A stretch of 64,000 nucleotides of DNA from contig NW_003314271.1 in assembly GCF_000143415.4 (NCBI RefSeq), positions 2,276,806 to 2,340,805 on the forward strand, given 5' to 3'. Shown one piece after another: positions 1 to 13,000 of this stretch; the first letter of the stretch is position 1, and each line of letters opens with the position of its first letter. Both the position numbers and the translations under genes were made by a program. Source of the DNA: Selaginella moellendorffii. Lineage: Eukaryota; Plantae; Lycopodiophyta. The notes under the pieces are model-generated. The model searched no databases and was not told where the DNA came from. It was given only the letters and a program-made list of their open reading frames with translations.

Positions 1-257
1 GATCGATCGAACTCTTACCTGGCGTGGAGCAATTTGAGACTCAATTTCTCGTGTGGCTTGGACAGATTCCACAAGATCGAGGAGCCAAGCGTGGTGCCCC
101 AAAAAGTACCTGGAGATAATCGATTGGATCGTCATCGATGAGACAACGCACTGCTCTTACCGATCGTCTTGAGCTTGTTCTCGCGCACCCAGGAGCTAAC
201 CCGGCTCACAGTGCTACCGCCACTGCCGCTGGAAATGGATTCTTCGCCGCGAGACAT
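1..257 (-). CDS. HIG1 (hypoxia-induced/Rcf1-like) domain mitochondrial protein, 5' exons; gene runs off the left edge
   Basis: Manual splicing gives MSRGEES...WVRENKLKTIG|YFLGTTLGSSILWNLSKPHEKLSLKLLHAR|, with GT-AG junctions. This resembles the plant HIG1 family (W..ENKL..VG...S...N...K..HAR). Confidence 0.75.
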
Positions 258-379
258 CGTCAATGAAGCCATGCGCTCCCCTTGATTCTCCAGCTCCTTT
301 TAAATCGCGATGAACAGAGAGGCCGGTCGCGAAGTAACCACTGGAATTGCCAAAAACGAAGAGACCTAGCAGCCATTCG

Positions 380-460
380 CTTCCAACGTGGCGGCGGCCA
401 AGTACTCAACGCGTCAGACCTCCATGCACCACGTGGCACTCTCGATGCTTGACACGTCAT
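380..460. promoter_or_regulatory. G-box/ACGT elements in the shared (divergent) HIG1-KNL1 promoter
   Basis: CCACGTGG at 429-436, plus AACGTGGC and GACACGTCA, within the ~340 bp between the two divergent ATGs. Confidence 0.45.
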
Positions 461-598
461 TAAGGTTACAGCCATTGGATCAATAACAAGAGAGACGTTG
501 GGAAATTTTGAAATGGGGAGGCTAGGGTTTGTGGGATCGCTGGAGAGGCGCGGAATGCCGCTGCAGAGATCGAGGTAAATAAATAGGAGTAGCCGAGA

Positions 599-2975
599 AT
601 GGCAGCTGCGGCGCTCGATCTGGCGCTACGCTTCGGTGAAACGCCGACGCTGGACGTTTTCGAGGACGACACGACGATTCCCCGGAGGAAGAAGAGGCGC
701 TCTTCGGCCAGACGAGTAAGCTTCGCCGAGATTCAGACCGTCCATGTCTTTCCTAGGGACGATGAGTACGCAACTCCTCCTGGAGGAGTAGTGGAGGTTG
801 CCTCTCAGCCTCTACGCAAATCTCCAAGGCTTGCCGCTAGGAGCCAATCTCTAGACTCCACAGACCATAATCCCATCGCCAACGCCGCGTAAGTTTGTTT
901 GCTTTCTAGGAAGATAAAAACTGACGCTCCACAATGAATGTAGATCTGAGGATGATGAGGAGGCTGCTGGCCCAGTTGATATCAATCACATCGTTCAAGC
1001 CAACCTGGGATCTCCTTCTCTCGAGGACGATATCACGTTGGATAGCACAACGTTTTCAGCTAAACTCTGTCGATTCAACGACGATGACACAGCGGCTGAA
1101 GCAGAGGAGGTCTCCAGGCGTCCCGGATCACTGGAAAGTGATATGAGCTTCACGGTGCAAAATCCTCGAAGACCACCAGAGGCAGTGCCAACAGATTCGC
1201 CGCCAGTTTCTCTCGATCGGACCCTGTCAATGCAGTACACGGAGATGGTTGACGCTGGGGCACTGGCTCAAAAGCGTCGGAGAGTTTTCAGAGCTTCTCC
1301 TCGTTTCAAGGGGAAGGAAAACAGGAGTCCACTATCTTCAGCGAGATCCGTCCCACCGAAGAAGCTCCAGGACATCACTGTACCTCAAGTCACTTCGAGT
1401 CCATCATCTCCTGCGAGAGCAATCCCACCGAAGAAGCTCCAGGATATCATGGTACCTCAAGTACTTTCAAGTCCAAGTCCATCATCACCTGCGAAGGCAA
1501 TCACAGCGAAGAAGCTCGAAGGCATCACTCTACCTCAAAGTCCACCAATTCCTGAGAGATCCACCACACCGAAGAAGCTCCAAGACATCACGGTAACACC
1601 CCAAGTGACTGCACGTACATTATCTCCTGTAAAAGCAACCGCACCAGAGCAACACCAGGACATCACAGTCACTCCTCAAGTGCCTTCGAGTCCACCGTTT
1701 CCGACGTCAATAGCGCCGGAAGAGCTCAAGGGTACGGTTACAGCTCAAGTTCCTCTTCAAGATCCTTCCGCTGTGGCGAGCCCTAACATCCAAATGAATT
1801 CCAAGTTGCCCGCTGTCGACCAGGAGAAGGAACTTGCTGAGTTGCGAAGCGAACTCCAGGTATTGTCTTCTGCTAGTTTTTTTGGCTTCTTCTGAAGAAA
1901 AATGAATTACAGGAAATGCACGATAAGAACGAACAACTGAAAGCAATCATGAAAGAACTGGAAGACCAGAAACGAGTGTTTTCACTGACGTCGGAGTCGT
2001 GCAAGATGGAGCACTTCAAACGTCGAATGATTCACAAAATACAGGTTAGATCTACTGTATAAAGAGCTTTTTTTTTCTTAGTGCTTCATAACAGGGCTGG
2101 CACATTACCCGACTCGTCAGCGAGCGAGACAGTTATAAGCTTGATATAAGCCACGGCTACAGGGTGAACCAAAGGTATTATTTCGTAGCGTTTTTTTCCT
2201 GTTCATGCTAAAGACTGCAACAGCATAACCATTGAAGGAAAGGGATCAGCTTCCTCTGCGTGGATCCAATTAACACCTGATTTGAACTTCATTGAAAAGG
2301 TTATTTGGACTTGCGGTTCAACGTTCTTTACTCACATGGATGAAAGTTTTACAGGGATTTCCTCGTATGAATTCGGCGCTTCTGTTTCAGTCGTTGCTAC
2401 CTGCTGAGAAGCACCGAGTTAAGCAGCTTAAAAGCCTTCCAGCAGCCATGCAGGTATGGGTTGTTTTGATTCACTCTGTATGTTTTTCTCATTGTCTTTT
2501 TAATTGTTATAGCAAAGCAGCGATCTGGTTACGAACTTGATCCAAGTCGCCACGGAGGCTAGAGATTGTCGAGCACATCATCGGTGCTTGGATTCGGTTC
2601 TTTTCACGCTCAATAAAGGTTCGTTTGCTGATTCTATTAAACTCATTTTATGAATCCTCCATTTTTCAGACCACGGGATATGTTTGCAATACGACTTCAT
2701 GAACTATAGATTGCGCCTGAAGATAACACTTGTTTTCTCGTTGCAATCACTCTGCACGTAAGCTCTTCTTAGCATGTTTTTTAAATTGATGTTCTGTGTC
2801 TCTCAGTGGGCAATATCCAAAAGCCATCATGCCTTGTGAGGTACTTGTGGACTCGACAAGGAGAACACAGAGTGTTATTACAGAGGAGGACTTAAACACC
2901 GCAATTTACTCTCTTCCTGCCGGATATCAAAGGTTTCACCGTATATGTGCGTGCGTAGCTACATTCCTTCCGTGA
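599..2975 (+). CDS. KNL1: Kinetochore scaffold KNL1/Spc105 homolog (multi-exon, compact)
   Basis: N-terminal KKRR..RRVSFAE.I..VHVF.RDDEY.TPP (PP1-binding RVSF), then DITLDSTTFS and a coiled-coil. The last exon, GQYPKAIMPCEV...GYQRFHRICACV*, matches the RWD-type C-terminus of plant KNL1 as recalled. Confidence 0.85.
1342..1770 (+). repeat. Six degenerate ~21-26 aa coding repeats (KKLQDITVPQV.SSP) within KNL1
   Basis: Repeated gaagaagctcca(g/a)gacatcac units are visible in both DNA and protein. Confidence 0.85.
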
Positions 2976-3037
2976 CTGGTTCTGACACTTGTATCCGGCG
3001 CTGTAATTAACGACTCTCGCTTTCTCGATTCTCGACT

Positions 3038-3818
3038 TCATTCCTGGGATCTCTTGCGTTTAAGAATGTTCTGCAGGAGGTCATCCAGTACATGGAGCAG
3101 CTGCGCATTTGCCTCTGGATTTTTGAGCACCAATACCATGTGTGGAAGAGCCGCAATCCGGCCTTCCATCGCTGCAAGGTACTTGTTATAGAGTTTGAGT
3201 TTGAGAGTGCACTGATATCTTACCAGATGCCTTACCAGATGCTTTGGAATTGTTCACCCCCGTATCAACGCCGATTATCGGACACACGGACGCTGGCAGA
3301 TGGTTTGCAGCAGCGAAATCGTGGTACCTGTTACATGAAAGTTTTCAGTTGCATAATTCGTTTGACGTGTAAACTACCATTTCTCCAGTTCTAGCTTCTG
3401 CTTTGGTTGGAACAAGGTGTAAACAAGGATAACCCCTTCTGCGTTGCTGGCTACTGCTGGATGGTAAGCTTCATATCTACACAAAAAAAAGTAATCAGAC
3501 TGAAAGTACGTTTGCAGGGTGACGAGGATTACCTTGCGTCTCCAGAACAGTCCCAGAGCTCCAAAGTTGTGTTTTTATTGATCGAGAGTTCCTGGATTCT
3601 AAGGAACAACGAAACAAGTCACGGTAAGCTCTCTCGATCAGCACGGTTTTTCTTTACCTGACTCCCACGGTGGGTGTGTATCGTCGCCCAGATTCCCATG
3701 GCGCTCCAGCCAGGGCTCTCGCCAACGCCGTCTTGCCGCTGCATTTTGGACCAACGATGCAAACCTTGAGCACCTTGGAAGTTGGGTAGTTTCTCCTCGC
3801 TTCTTCCGCTCCTCTCAT
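3038..3818 (-). CDS. IFT22: Intraflagellar transport small GTPase IFT22/RABL5 (5 exons)
   Basis: Manual splicing gives KVCIVGPKCSGKTALA...YTPTVGV|RIQEL...LELWDCSGDA|RYEAYHPAVASNAEGVILVY...EKW|YHDFAA... The P-loop, PTxGVRI and LWDCxGD signatures fit IFT22. Confidence 0.85.
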
Positions 3819-3884
3819 TTTTTTTCTCTTTTATGTTTTACTTTAGGGTTCTTCAGCAATGCATTGGTGAGGAAGGGACAAAAA

Positions 3885-4687
3885 ATGGGCAACACATCGT
3901 CCATGCTCACGCAGTACGATATTGAGGAGGTCCAGAGCCACTGCAAAGGAATCTGTAAGTGTTCTTCGATCAATTAGCTGGGCTCCAGAAACAATGTCTT
4001 TTTTCTCTCCAGTCTCGCAGAGAGAAATCATCTCTTTGTACGAAAGGTTTTGCATTTTGGATCGCTCTGGCAAAGGCTTCATCCTCGAGGACGAGTTCAT
4101 GGCAGTTCCCGAGTTTGCATTGAATCCTCTAGCTCAGGTGAATGGCTCTTTCTAGCTTTTTCGTGATCTCCTCCATGCCTTTGATTTTTCCAGAGACTCC
4201 TCAGGATACTCGAGGGCGTGAATTTCAAGGAATTTGTTCTGCTGCTGTCGGCATTCAGTCCCCGAGCCAGCTTCAAGGAGAAGATGGAGTGTAAGGAACT
4301 CCTTCCGCTTTTCCCATCGCCTTATGGTGTTTCTTTTTCAGTCATTTTTAAGGTGTATGATTCCGATGGCGATGGGAAAGTGACAACAAGTGACATATTG
4401 GGAGTCCTTCGTGATCTTTCTGGTTCTTTCCTCACCGAGAAGCAGCGAGAGGTAAAAGCAAGCGCTTCCTTCTCTGTCGTTTCACAGCTTTCTCCTGTTT
4501 GCCTAGCAAGTCGTGATCCAAGCGCTGGATCAAGCAGGGTTCTCATCTGGCTGCATGCTCACTTACGAAGACTTCGTGAAGGTAAGTACCCAAGCTTCTT
4601 AAGTTCACATAGCTTTGCCGCCTTTGTGTCCCCTAGGTGCTTGTCAAGGCAAATCTTAAAATGGAGGTGGAAGTTCCTGTGGATTGA
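3885..4687 (+). CDS. Calcineurin B subunit-like EF-hand Ca2+-binding protein, N-myristoylation motif
   Basis: MGNTSSMLTQYDIEEVQ start; EF-hands DRSGKGFI and DSDGDGKV; FALNPLAQ; ends MEVEVPVD*; canonical introns. Confidence 0.9.
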
Positions 4688-5495
4688 GCACGAAGAAACA
4701 ATGCACGATCCCACTAGTCCAAGCATCTCCATGAGAGAGGATCGTTGCGTGAGTTTAGATAATGTCTCAGTAAAAGCAGTGTGTAATCTTATGTCTTGAG
4801 TGAGTTCCAAAATGGCAGGGTCGTGAGGAGTCCGGTTCATCAAAGAAACTCTGGAAATAATTCAGCGTTTTCAAAAAAGCGGTGCTTGCAAGCTGATTTA
4901 TTTTTACTTTTCTAAATCACAAATTCTAAACTCAGAAAAATAACCTTAACGAAGTATTAGAACATTACTTTCAACACCCCAATAGGAAAATGCCCAGATT
5001 TTAGCACTGTTACCCAAACTGAAGCCGCCACCTGGTGTTTTGCTTTTTACTACACGTTAAGGATATTGACAACGTTTGCTGACAAATTCCAAATTTACGA
5101 TTTCATTTATAGTTGACACGTAATCTAGACTTCTTGCGTGGCTTTCTTGCAAATTTTAGGATGCGATGCCACACGGCACCTGTAAAGAACAAGCACCACA
5201 AGAACTTACTTAGGAACTTACCAATACTTTAATTAAAGTCCACTGATACAGGAATGCACTTCGGTCCAAATATTTTTGAAGGACCAGATACAGCATATGC
5301 CGATCCGATGGCCTCAAAAATATATAACAGCCTTCCCTCTCTCCCACAATGTGGTGTGAGCTTTGATTTTGGGTGAGAGGAGGAAAGAAGACGTGCTAGG
5401 GTTTCATCCATCGGAGCAGTGGATCGATCGGCGCCGTGACCGCCGCGAGAGAGATTCTTGCTTCGTCCTGCATTGTATCGTCGGGGCGATCGATC

Positions 5496-8400
5496 ATGCA
5501 TCAGGTACACCTCCTTTCCGCGCTCTGCGATTTCATCCCCGTGCACAGGAGGAGCACCAGGAGCACAAGGAGCACAAGGAGGGCGATCATCTCCTCATCC
5601 TCGAGGGCGACGCCATCACGTATGTGGCAGTCCCGGACAAGGGAAGGATCTGCTTTGTGGATCACCACACGGGGACCTGGGCGCCTCTCCCCGAGTCCGA
5701 GCGCTGCTGCCTCAAGGAGAGCCAACACGTCCACGCTCATGTCCATCACGGGGACACCACCGAGGATGTTCTGCTCGAGCAGGTATGGAATTGGCGTGGC
5801 TGGACGATTGACAGGCTTGCTCTTGGGTGGCAGTGCGTGGAGGAGGCATGCTGGGCTCTCCCCATGTCTTGGAACGAGCTCACTTCATCGCACAGGGACG
5901 AGCACAAGCACGACGACGACTGTGGCCACAACCAGATCCCTCACGGTGATCACTACGACTTCCTGGTGCCCAAGCAGGATGGATCCTACGCGCTCGTCCG
6001 AGATGCCGGGGATTCCCAGTACGAGCACGGCCGCCTAGTCAAGGTGGGAGAGTCGCTGGGAAAGCTCAAGCGGCGGCCGAAGCAGCAGCTGATGGATATC
6101 TTCAGCTACCAGACCACCGACGGCAGAGGTTACGAGATTCTGGCTGAGGAGGACGATGCGGTGGTACACTCGCCCAGGCTTGCCGAGAACATCCTAAGCA
6201 TTCCAGAGAACTTCCAGCAAGTTACGCGGACTGTGTTGAGCGTGATGGGTCTTTGCTGCCCCTCGGAGGTTCCTCTTGTCAGGAAAATCTTGGAGCCTTT
6301 ACCCGGTGTCAAGGAGGTCTCGGTGAACTACACGTCGCGCAGTGTGACAGTTGTTCACGACAAGCTCTTGACACCTGAAGGACGTCTAGGTAGACAGCTT
6401 TATCTTCCGTGCTTACTCTGTTTTCTTCTCATCCTTCATTCTTGTCTTTCTCCAGTCAAAGCACTCAACGAAGCCAGGCTAGACGCAAGTTTACATCGTC
6501 GTGGAGAGCTGAAGAAGGCCAACAAGTGGCCCAGTCCGTGGACCATTTGCTGCGGTATTCTACTGCTTGTATCCTTTTTCAAACACTTCTGGAACCCTTT
6601 GAAATGGATGGCTATCGGAGCCGTGGCTGTTGGTATACCGCCGATTCTTATGCGGAGCATAGCATCTCTAAGACGCTGGATTCTAGACATTAACATTCTT
6701 ATGCTCATAGCAGGTACGATGAGTTGACAGGAAAGCAGGCTTTCCAGTGTCTGATGATGAAACGTTAGATCAGTCGGCGGCGCTATTGCTCTAGCTGACT
6801 ACATTGAAGCTGGATCGATCGTATTTCTGTTTACTCTAGCTGAGTGGCTGGAAGGACGATCGAGCGAGCAGGTAAGCTGTTCTTGTTTTTCGTTTTGTTT
6901 GTCCTTGCTCTTTATGACACTCGTCGTGGTGTCTCAGGCGCGTTCCGCACTGGCGTCCGGTCTGGATGTCCCTCGGAACGCCATCCTTGCCGAAACCGGG
7001 GCGATGGTCTCCGTTGACGAAGTGAAACTTGGATCATCAATTGCTGTCAAAGCTGGGGAGATGATTCCCGTAGACGGGACTATCCTGTCGGGAGGGTGCT
7101 CTTTGGATGAAAGCAGCTTGACTGGTGAATCAAAACCTGTCGAGAAGACTTGCGGAAGCGAGGTTTGGGCTGGAACAGTGAATTTGGCTGGTACGAGGAT
7201 TTATTCTTACGGTTCACTTTCGAAACTAACGTCATCCATGTCTGCAGGCTACATCACCGTGCAAACCACTGCACTTGCTGAAGACTCGGCTGTCTCAAGA
7301 ATGATCAAACTCGTGGAGGAAGCTCAAGCAAAACGATCTCACTTCGAGCAGCTTGTGGAGAAGTTTGCAAAATTCTACACTCCTGGTAACTCGACAAAAT
7401 CTCTGTGCCATTGCTAATACAGCGTTGCTCCGCGACAGTTTTGGTGGCGACAGCTCTTGGTCTGGCACTCATTCCGTTGATAGCGCACGTTCGCAATGAG
7501 AAGCACTGGCTGTACTTAGCTCTCGTTCTGCTCGTTGTGGCTTGCCCGTGTGCTTTAGTCCTTTCGACGCCCGTCGCAGTCGCCTGCGGAATACAACACG
7601 CAGCAAGACTTGGAGTCGTGATCAAGGGTGGAAGCTACCTTGAAATCCTGGCCAAGATCAAATGCTTAGCTATGGACAAGACGGGAACACTGACAGAGGG
7701 ACACTTCCGCGTTTCCGAAGTTGTGGCTGTTGGTGAAACCGAAGATCTGCAACAAATCTTGTATTGGTACGTTTGATTTTCCTGCTGTGTGTTGCTGATA
7801 TAGTGTTTCTTGTTGCGCAGGTTGGCGAGTGTTGAAAGTAGATCGAGCCATCCAATGGCCGCTGCACTCGTCACGTACGCTAGCTTACAAGATGTTGTTC
7901 CATCGAAGTCCGTTACAGACTTTCAGATCATTGAAGGCGAAGGTGTGTCCGCCGTTGTGGATGGGCACTTGATAGAGATTGGTAACGCGCGATTAGCATC
8001 TCGCCTTGGCTGGAGCAATACAGGTTCTATCGGCTCCTCTTTCCGTGGACTTGTAATCTAACTGTTAGTTTTTCTCCAGCCATTACGAAGCTAGCGACTC
8101 AAACAGCAACCATCGGCTGGGTTGGAAAGGATCACCAGCTCCTGGCAGTTTTCAGCCTCGAGGATCATGTACGGGAGGAAGCAGCAGAAGCAGTGCGGAG
8201 TCTAAAGGTTTACCTTTGAGCTTTTTTTCCGTGTTTGCTCACAAGCTGTCTTTTGTTTATGGCAGCGTCTGAACGTCCAGATTCATATGTTGACTGGGGA
8301 TAACAATGAGACGGCCCAGGACGTCCAGAGCAAAGTAAGCTTCGATTTCGTCTTGTATCTTCGAGGGGTCACTTGAACTATCTCCACTACAGTTGGGAGG

Positions 8401-9073
8401 AGTCACTGTGCACGCCGGTCTTCTCCCTCAGGACAAAGTCAGAATCATCCAAGAGCTGAAAGAAAACGCCGGTGTGACGGGAATGATAGGGGATGGGATA
8501 AACGATGCCCCGGCTTTAGCAGCAGCGGACGTAGGATTCGCCATGGGTCTAGCCGGATCAGCAGTGGCAATGGAGACATCGGACGTTTTCCTGATGACCG
8601 ACGATCTCCGGAAGCTGGGCTTGGTGGTGAGCCTGGGAAGGAGAGTCCGCACCAAAGTTATACAGAACGTTGTCATCTCGGTAGGCCTCAAAGCCGCAAT
8701 GCTGGCACTCTCGTTCGCTGGCTATGGCTACCTGTGGATGGCTGTCCTGGTAGACGTCGGGGCGTGCTTGCTGGTGATCTCAAACAGCACGCTCTTGCTC
8801 CGTGGAACAGGGAAGACGAGATCGTCGGGCAACCACCATCGCCATGGAAAGAATTGCAAGGATCACGACCACGATCAGCACAGTAGTAAACAGTCCTCCA
8901 AGGACGACGATCACGCTGAAAGAACACAGTGCTCAGATCACGAGCATGCCGCTGAAAAGCACCAGCTCCATCGCCACCATAGCCATGACCATACCCAGCA
9001 GGATCAAACACACTCGCACTGCAAGAACGCTTGTGGCAAAGGCCAATCGTGCTGCAGCGTGCCAAAGATATAA
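5496..9073 (+). CDS. HMA2: P1B-2 heavy-metal (Zn/Cd) ATPase, HMA2/3/4-type, with extra His/Cys-rich N-terminal region and His-rich C-tail
   Basis: GLCCPSE HMA domain, LTGES, CPCALVLSTP, DKTGT, SSHPMA, TGDN, GDGINDAP. The start is inferred as a micro-exon ATGCATCAG at 5496 plus a 44-nt intron, downstream of TATATAA at ~5321. Confidence 0.92.
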
Positions 9074-9589
9074 ACAAAGTCTCCATTTCGTTCACTCTTG
9101 CTTACTCAGGACTTTTTTCTCCAGGCTTCATACATAAACGGCCACGACCATTGTCTGTTGATTCTCTTTTTGATTGCATTGCATTATTGCTAGCATTGTT
9201 GAAATCATTCGTGTCATTTTTTTATTTGATTTGAGTAGGCATTTACAAATCCTAAGTGTTGATAACTTTTTTAGTTTTGACTTAGTCAGTTTTCATTTTG
9301 CGTTCAGTTATGGGTTTATGCTGATGCAAGAGAGTACAAGCATCCTTAATAAATATCATCCCATTGCAATGGTACTTTATACAACTAATTGAAATAAACT
9401 ACTTCACCATAATAATGTTTAGGGTTTTGAGACATATTTCTTAAATGCTATTAAAGGGTGATTATGTTACCACCACTTTGTTGTTAAAGCAAAATAATTT
9501 AGTTATCCATATTATTTACTAAGCCTTCAAGTTTCAAATTTACAATTTTGAAGTTGTTCATCACTTTAAGAGTTCAATATGATGTTGGT

Positions 9590-9701
<112 letters not shown>

Positions 9702-10099
9702 ATATTGTTTTAACATTTGTGGATTTTTTAAACAAGGGTTTATACTATTAATAATTGTTATGTTTGATATTCAGTATCCACAAGATGCAAAGCTAAATTT
9801 GCATTCTTTAGATAATGTTGGGGAGGATTAAAAAAAGTGTTAAGATGTGAATCCAAGGGATTTGTGATGGCTTTAAGAATCTTGTATCATTTGTCAATAA
9901 CTTACATTTATATGCTTAATATCACTTTAAAAATAACCTTCTTTATTTTGTAGGGATTGATATAAATGATTATTTATTCTTAATAGTGATTTTGGTTTTC
10001 ATTTCAGACTTCCTCAACTCTCCTATTTTAAGATATCCTTATATAATTAAAAAGTTGCAGAAGTCTTGTTATTACCTGAAGATACAATAATATGTCATC

Positions 10100-13000
10100 A
10101 AAGTATATATATATATAAGATCATAATACTCCCCTTCATATTATAGAAGGACGGTTGGAATTAATTGTAATTTTTTATTCATTTGAGTTGGTGGCATTCT
10201 ATTATATAAGGCCTTTTCCTTGACTGCTAGAAATAAATATGTAATTATTGCTTTCGATTATTTAACTTATTTAGTTACTCTTGCTAATGCATCTATAATT
10301 ATTATTAGATACTTCCTCTTCAATCAAGTGGTATTCCAACATTCTTGTCTAGAGAGGGTGTTTTTGGACAACGATCTTACATTTATACTTGAGGTATGTC
10401 ATATTTTGATATCTCAATTGGTATAACATATGTTGTTTTCACCCTTTACCCTATAATGATTTACCATAAAATAAGAAACTTAACCTTAAACATGTATATC
10501 AAGGGCAATGGAGTGGGACTTGGGTTTTAAAACCTTAAGCCACTAAATAAAGGGATGGACCTAAACTGTAGTATATGTGGTTTTTATCTTTTATTCTATG
10601 GTGATTTATTATAGATAACCATGAAATGGAATCTAAACCCTCCATGTGCTATGTATTATATGCCACGTGCCACATGCCATATGTCCAAAGGACAATAGAG
10701 TGAAACTTGAATTTCAGGGCTTTAAGCCATTGAATGAAGCCAAACTTCTAAGTATAGAGCCAAGGAGTGATGAGCACATAATAACTCTTGAGCATACATT
10801 CTAAGGAGTTTAGGCTCACGAAGCAACTTAGAACAATTCAGCATCCCAATGCTAAAACCAATAGGCAAAATAGAGTCAAATAGAGTCTAGTGCTATTTCA
10901 AAGGATATAAATACTCCACTAGCTAGTATGGTGTGGAACTTGAGCTTAAACCCAAGCTAAACATAGAACAAAAACAAAAACGCAAGCAGAAGCAAAACTA
11001 TGCCTTAGGTTGATTAGCCATGCCTAACCTACCCACTATCTCTACTATACATTTGGAACTACCCCCCCTTACCCCTTGAGGAACACATGCTTTGGGTTTT
11101 CACCCAAAGCCTCCCTTAGTACCAAGAATTAGTATCTGGGACAAGTTTGAAACTTATTAGAAATGGAATGCCCCAAGATTGTGAATTTGGATATGGGATA
11201 AACACCATTGTGTTCAGGGCAATCTCTACATTTTGTAAATATGCCAAATAAGCAAATCTAGACACTTTCCATAAATAGTATTTAGAACTAAAATGAGACT
11301 AACACAAAGGACTTGATAGCGAGGGTGTTTGGCAGACATAATAAGTTATCATCTAGTGATATTGAGGGACTAGTTTCAATATGTGAGGGTTTTTATCAAG
11401 CTAGTGCAAAACAGAGCAAAAGAGAACAAATTAGGCCAAATATGTTTGGCTAAATAGACATTTAGGAATTTTATCCTTATGCTCATCCAGCCAAGTACAA
11501 ATGCAAAATCAAGTTTATTAACACTTGAATAAGAGGGATTCATAAAATATCTAATAATACCGACCTCCTGCTATCGTGGCAATAAGGAAAGAATATCCAA
11601 AAAGACTAACCAATAGGTAATTTTCAATACCCAAAGTCATATTCGCGACATTAAGGAAGTGCTAAAAAATAACTCCCACTCCTGGAAGAGAAACTAATTG
11701 TAATGCTCCCAACCTAGGTAGAATGGTGCCCCACTTAAGTACCATATAGCTCATTGATCCTCGCCTCGTCATAAAAGCTTGGGCTTTCCCTTTAAAACAG
11801 AGGTGGGGAGTTAGAATATTGCTATTATGTCATAGTGTTTCCCTCAAAAATGCATTTAAGGCTTAGAATTTTCTTTTTTCCAATTTATCAATTTACCTCA
11901 TCTATCTAACCACTTTTGCATTGGCCTTAGTTAAATTCTTTTGCTAAGGTTCACACCTCTTACTTAATCCCACTTAAATTTAGCTACTCACTATATAAGC
12001 AACAAGGTGTTAACTATCCATCCATAAATTCCCAAACTCTCTCCCAATCCCTTTCTTTAGATTAAATTAGATTTAAAGCTTAGCTATACTCTTCGCATTA
12101 TACCAAGGGATATTAGAAATCTGAAGACTTGGTGTGCTTGGTTGCTTATAGTGAAGGATAGAGGCAGATCACTAGAAGATGGCTAAGGCAAATTAGAAAG
12201 GAACAAAAGTAAAGATTAAACTATCTGTGCAGATGTAACCTTTAGTCAAACAAGAAGTAGTGAATGAAAAATCCTTATATGAGAAGGACTCCAATAGTTG
12301 TTCAAGGCTTGATTAGACGCTCTAAAAGGACAATCTAAAGACCCTCATATACAAGTTAATGCATTACAAGAAATAAAAGAAAAAATAAAAGATTGTAGAT
12401 ATAAGTAATGTAGAAGGCATGGACTTTTTGATGAGTACTAAGGTATAACTAAATAGGGTTGAGTAAAGTGAGGTGAAGTCTATCCTATAAGCAATTCTTA
12501 AGTACAAACCAAAGCCTCTATTGGTTTTTAAGGGAGTGAATGACTATAATGTGGTGGAAATATTTATTCTATGATATAGAGGATTAGTTTTAAGTGTTAT
12601 GATTATTAAACTCACAAAAAATCTCATATGCAAAACTATACTTAAAGGATAATGTTAAATTTTCGTGAACAATGACAAAGGCTAATGAAAAACCAATAAC
12701 TACCTGGGAAGTGATGAAGACAAAAATTCAAATAATCTATATTCCCCCAAATGTTATTTTGCATTTGAAGGATGAGTTGAGCAGAGTAAAGCAAACAGAA
12801 ACCATTTATATATGAATGTGATTATGGCTAAAAGGATCTTTTTCATAAATATAGGTGATATAAATAAAGGAAGCATTAGATGTGGTTACCAAGATGCATT
12901 TTAATAACAATCAGCAAAAACAAACTCAACTAGGTCTAGGTCTATATTTAACAAGGGATTCAGACCAAAAGAAATATATAAAAAAGGGAAATTCAAAAAC

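Noticed and set aside
3092-3661. Plus-strand 100-aa and 84-aa ORFs
   Set aside because: They are antisense to IFT22 exons and have no recognisable motifs.
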